A stretch of DNA of 25,335 bases from a virus (Duplodnaviria > Caudoviricetes), in IMG/VR virus record IMGVR_UViG_3300032312_000624, positions 1-25,335 of that record; one strand, written 5' to 3'. Made by a program: the position numbers and the translations under genes. Below the pieces are notes generated by a model that ran no database searches, was not told where the DNA came from, and was given only the letters and a program-made list of their open reading frames with translations. Positions 24,587 through 25,335 of this stretch are shown here, piece after piece (the first letter of the stretch is position 1; every line of letters begins with the position of its first letter).

Positions 24587-25144
24587 TTAAGCGATAGCGC
24601 CGGCGTCTACATCCAATGATCCTGGATTAGTGATTGTTCCAAAGTCTATGTTAGAAGCCTGTAGAGCTAGCTGTACGGGATTATTCTGTGATGCTGACAA
24701 GAATCCAAAATCATAGTTAACTAGTATTTGACTGAGATTTAATTTTGTATCTATACTGATAACACCGCTGGTACCGTCGCCGTCGACTGTGATATTAGTA
24801 CCACCTTCGATGGTGATATCTGTTTCGTCGAAGGCTTCTAAGGTATCACCATCGGTTTTAAAAGATGTAAAAGCTACGGGCTGTGTAGATCCAATGACCA
24901 ATGTATCTGGATTAGAACCGTCGATGCTGATAAAACCATCTGGGACTAGTTTTCTAAATCTTAGTTCTGCACCTACTTTTTCTTTAAAAACACCGTAGCC
25001 TGTTCCGCCTGTATTAGCAGCAGTTACAGTTAAACTAGCATTTAATTCTGCAAAGTTTGCATTAACTTTTTGGAATGCCGTGCGTAGATCATCCCCTAAT
25101 CCATCATTTACCACATTGCCGATATTAATTGTTTGAATTGTCAT
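24587..25144 (-). CDS. Baseplate/tail-fibre connector-like protein (T4 gp9/gp10-type N-terminus)
   Basis: INIGNVVNDGLGDDLRTAFQKVNANFAEL. Confidence 0.8.
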   Translation of the reverse strand: MTIQTINIGNVVNDGLGDDLRTAFQKVNANFAELNASLTVTAANTGGTGYGVFKEKVGAELRFRKLVPDGFISIDGSNPDTLVIGSTQPVAFTSFKTDGDTLEAFDETDITIEGGTNITVDGDGTSGVISIDTKLNLSQILVNYDFGFLSASQNNPVQLALQASNIDFGTITNPGSLDVDAGAIA

Positions 25145-25162
25145 AATCCGCTCTCTTTAATA

Positions 25163-25170
25163 TATTTACC
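25163..25170 (-). promoter_or_regulatory. Putative late promoter GGTAAATA
   Basis: Same GGTAAATATA sequence as at 8414-8405, upstream of a structural gene. Confidence 0.6.
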
Positions 25171-25173
25171 GTT

Positions 25174-25335
25174 TTATGGGTATCCAAATCTTGTCTTGTA
25201 TGTGGCATACAGCGACTGAACGTTGGCCAGAGTTAACACACCATTATAGACTTTGATAAATCCTATATCAGCTGTTTGTACTTCACTGCCTGATGAACGA
25301 CTGAACAATCGCAACTGATCGAAACCTCCGCCACC
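25174..25335 (-). CDS. C-terminal end of a LamG/concanavalin-A-like domain protein (partial)
   Basis: Hand translation ...DIGFIKVYNGVLTLANVQSLYATYKTRFGYP*, typical of phage LamG-like C-termini. Confidence 0.65.
   Translation of the reverse strand, partial: GGGGFDQLRLFSRSSGSEVQTADIGFIKVYNGVLTLANVQSLYATYKTRFGYP

Noticed and set aside
2963-24998. Numerous plus-strand ORFs of 60-150 aa opposite minus-strand genes
   Set aside because: Antisense shadows without SD or recognisable motifs; only phoH is supported on the plus strand.
1-25335. Alternative genetic code (the gene stops I checked are TAA or TGA, none TAG)
   Set aside because: Coding density is near complete under the standard code and no conserved protein is interrupted; TAG avoidance is common in AT-rich phages.
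1-25335. tRNA genes, CRISPR arrays, transposases, tandem DNA repeats
   Set aside because: None found by eye; intergenic gaps are too short and lack cloverleaf or repeat-spacer structure.

Overview
A gene-dense, almost entirely minus-strand segment of a large T4-like (jumbo-type) myovirus genome using the standard genetic code. The host is probably a Gram-negative proteobacterium (two-component spanins, ErpA-type Fe-S carrier, ClpA). In transcription order (right to left): baseplate/tail genes; a truncated DnaE (Pol III alpha) piece; GroES; nucleotide-metabolism and clamp-loader genes; a lone plus-strand phoH; a late lysis cassette (GH19 endolysin, i-spanin, o-spanin, secreted mini-protein); an early proteostasis operon (DnaJ, peptide deformylase, ClpA); a ~5.7 kb late operon (2716-8382); and a DsbA/GapR-like gene with a family B DNA polymerase that runs off the left edge and is missing from the ORF track. 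The strongest candidate for an undescribed system is the 2716-8382 operon. Its proteins start with T4-internal-protein-like capsid-targeting leaders and look like polyproteins of small modules separated by prohead-protease-type (hydrophobic-x-Glu|Gly/Ala/Ser) sites. Two of them hide a signal-peptide-like segment directly behind such a site, one in front of a GH19 muramidase. Also seen: two terminators that double as sigma70 promoters, an SD-sequestering hairpin under a late promoter, apparent leaderless mRNAs, a twin-hairpin operator before the polymerase, and unannotated overlapping micro-ORFs. All family assignments come from motif recognition by eye; no searches were run.
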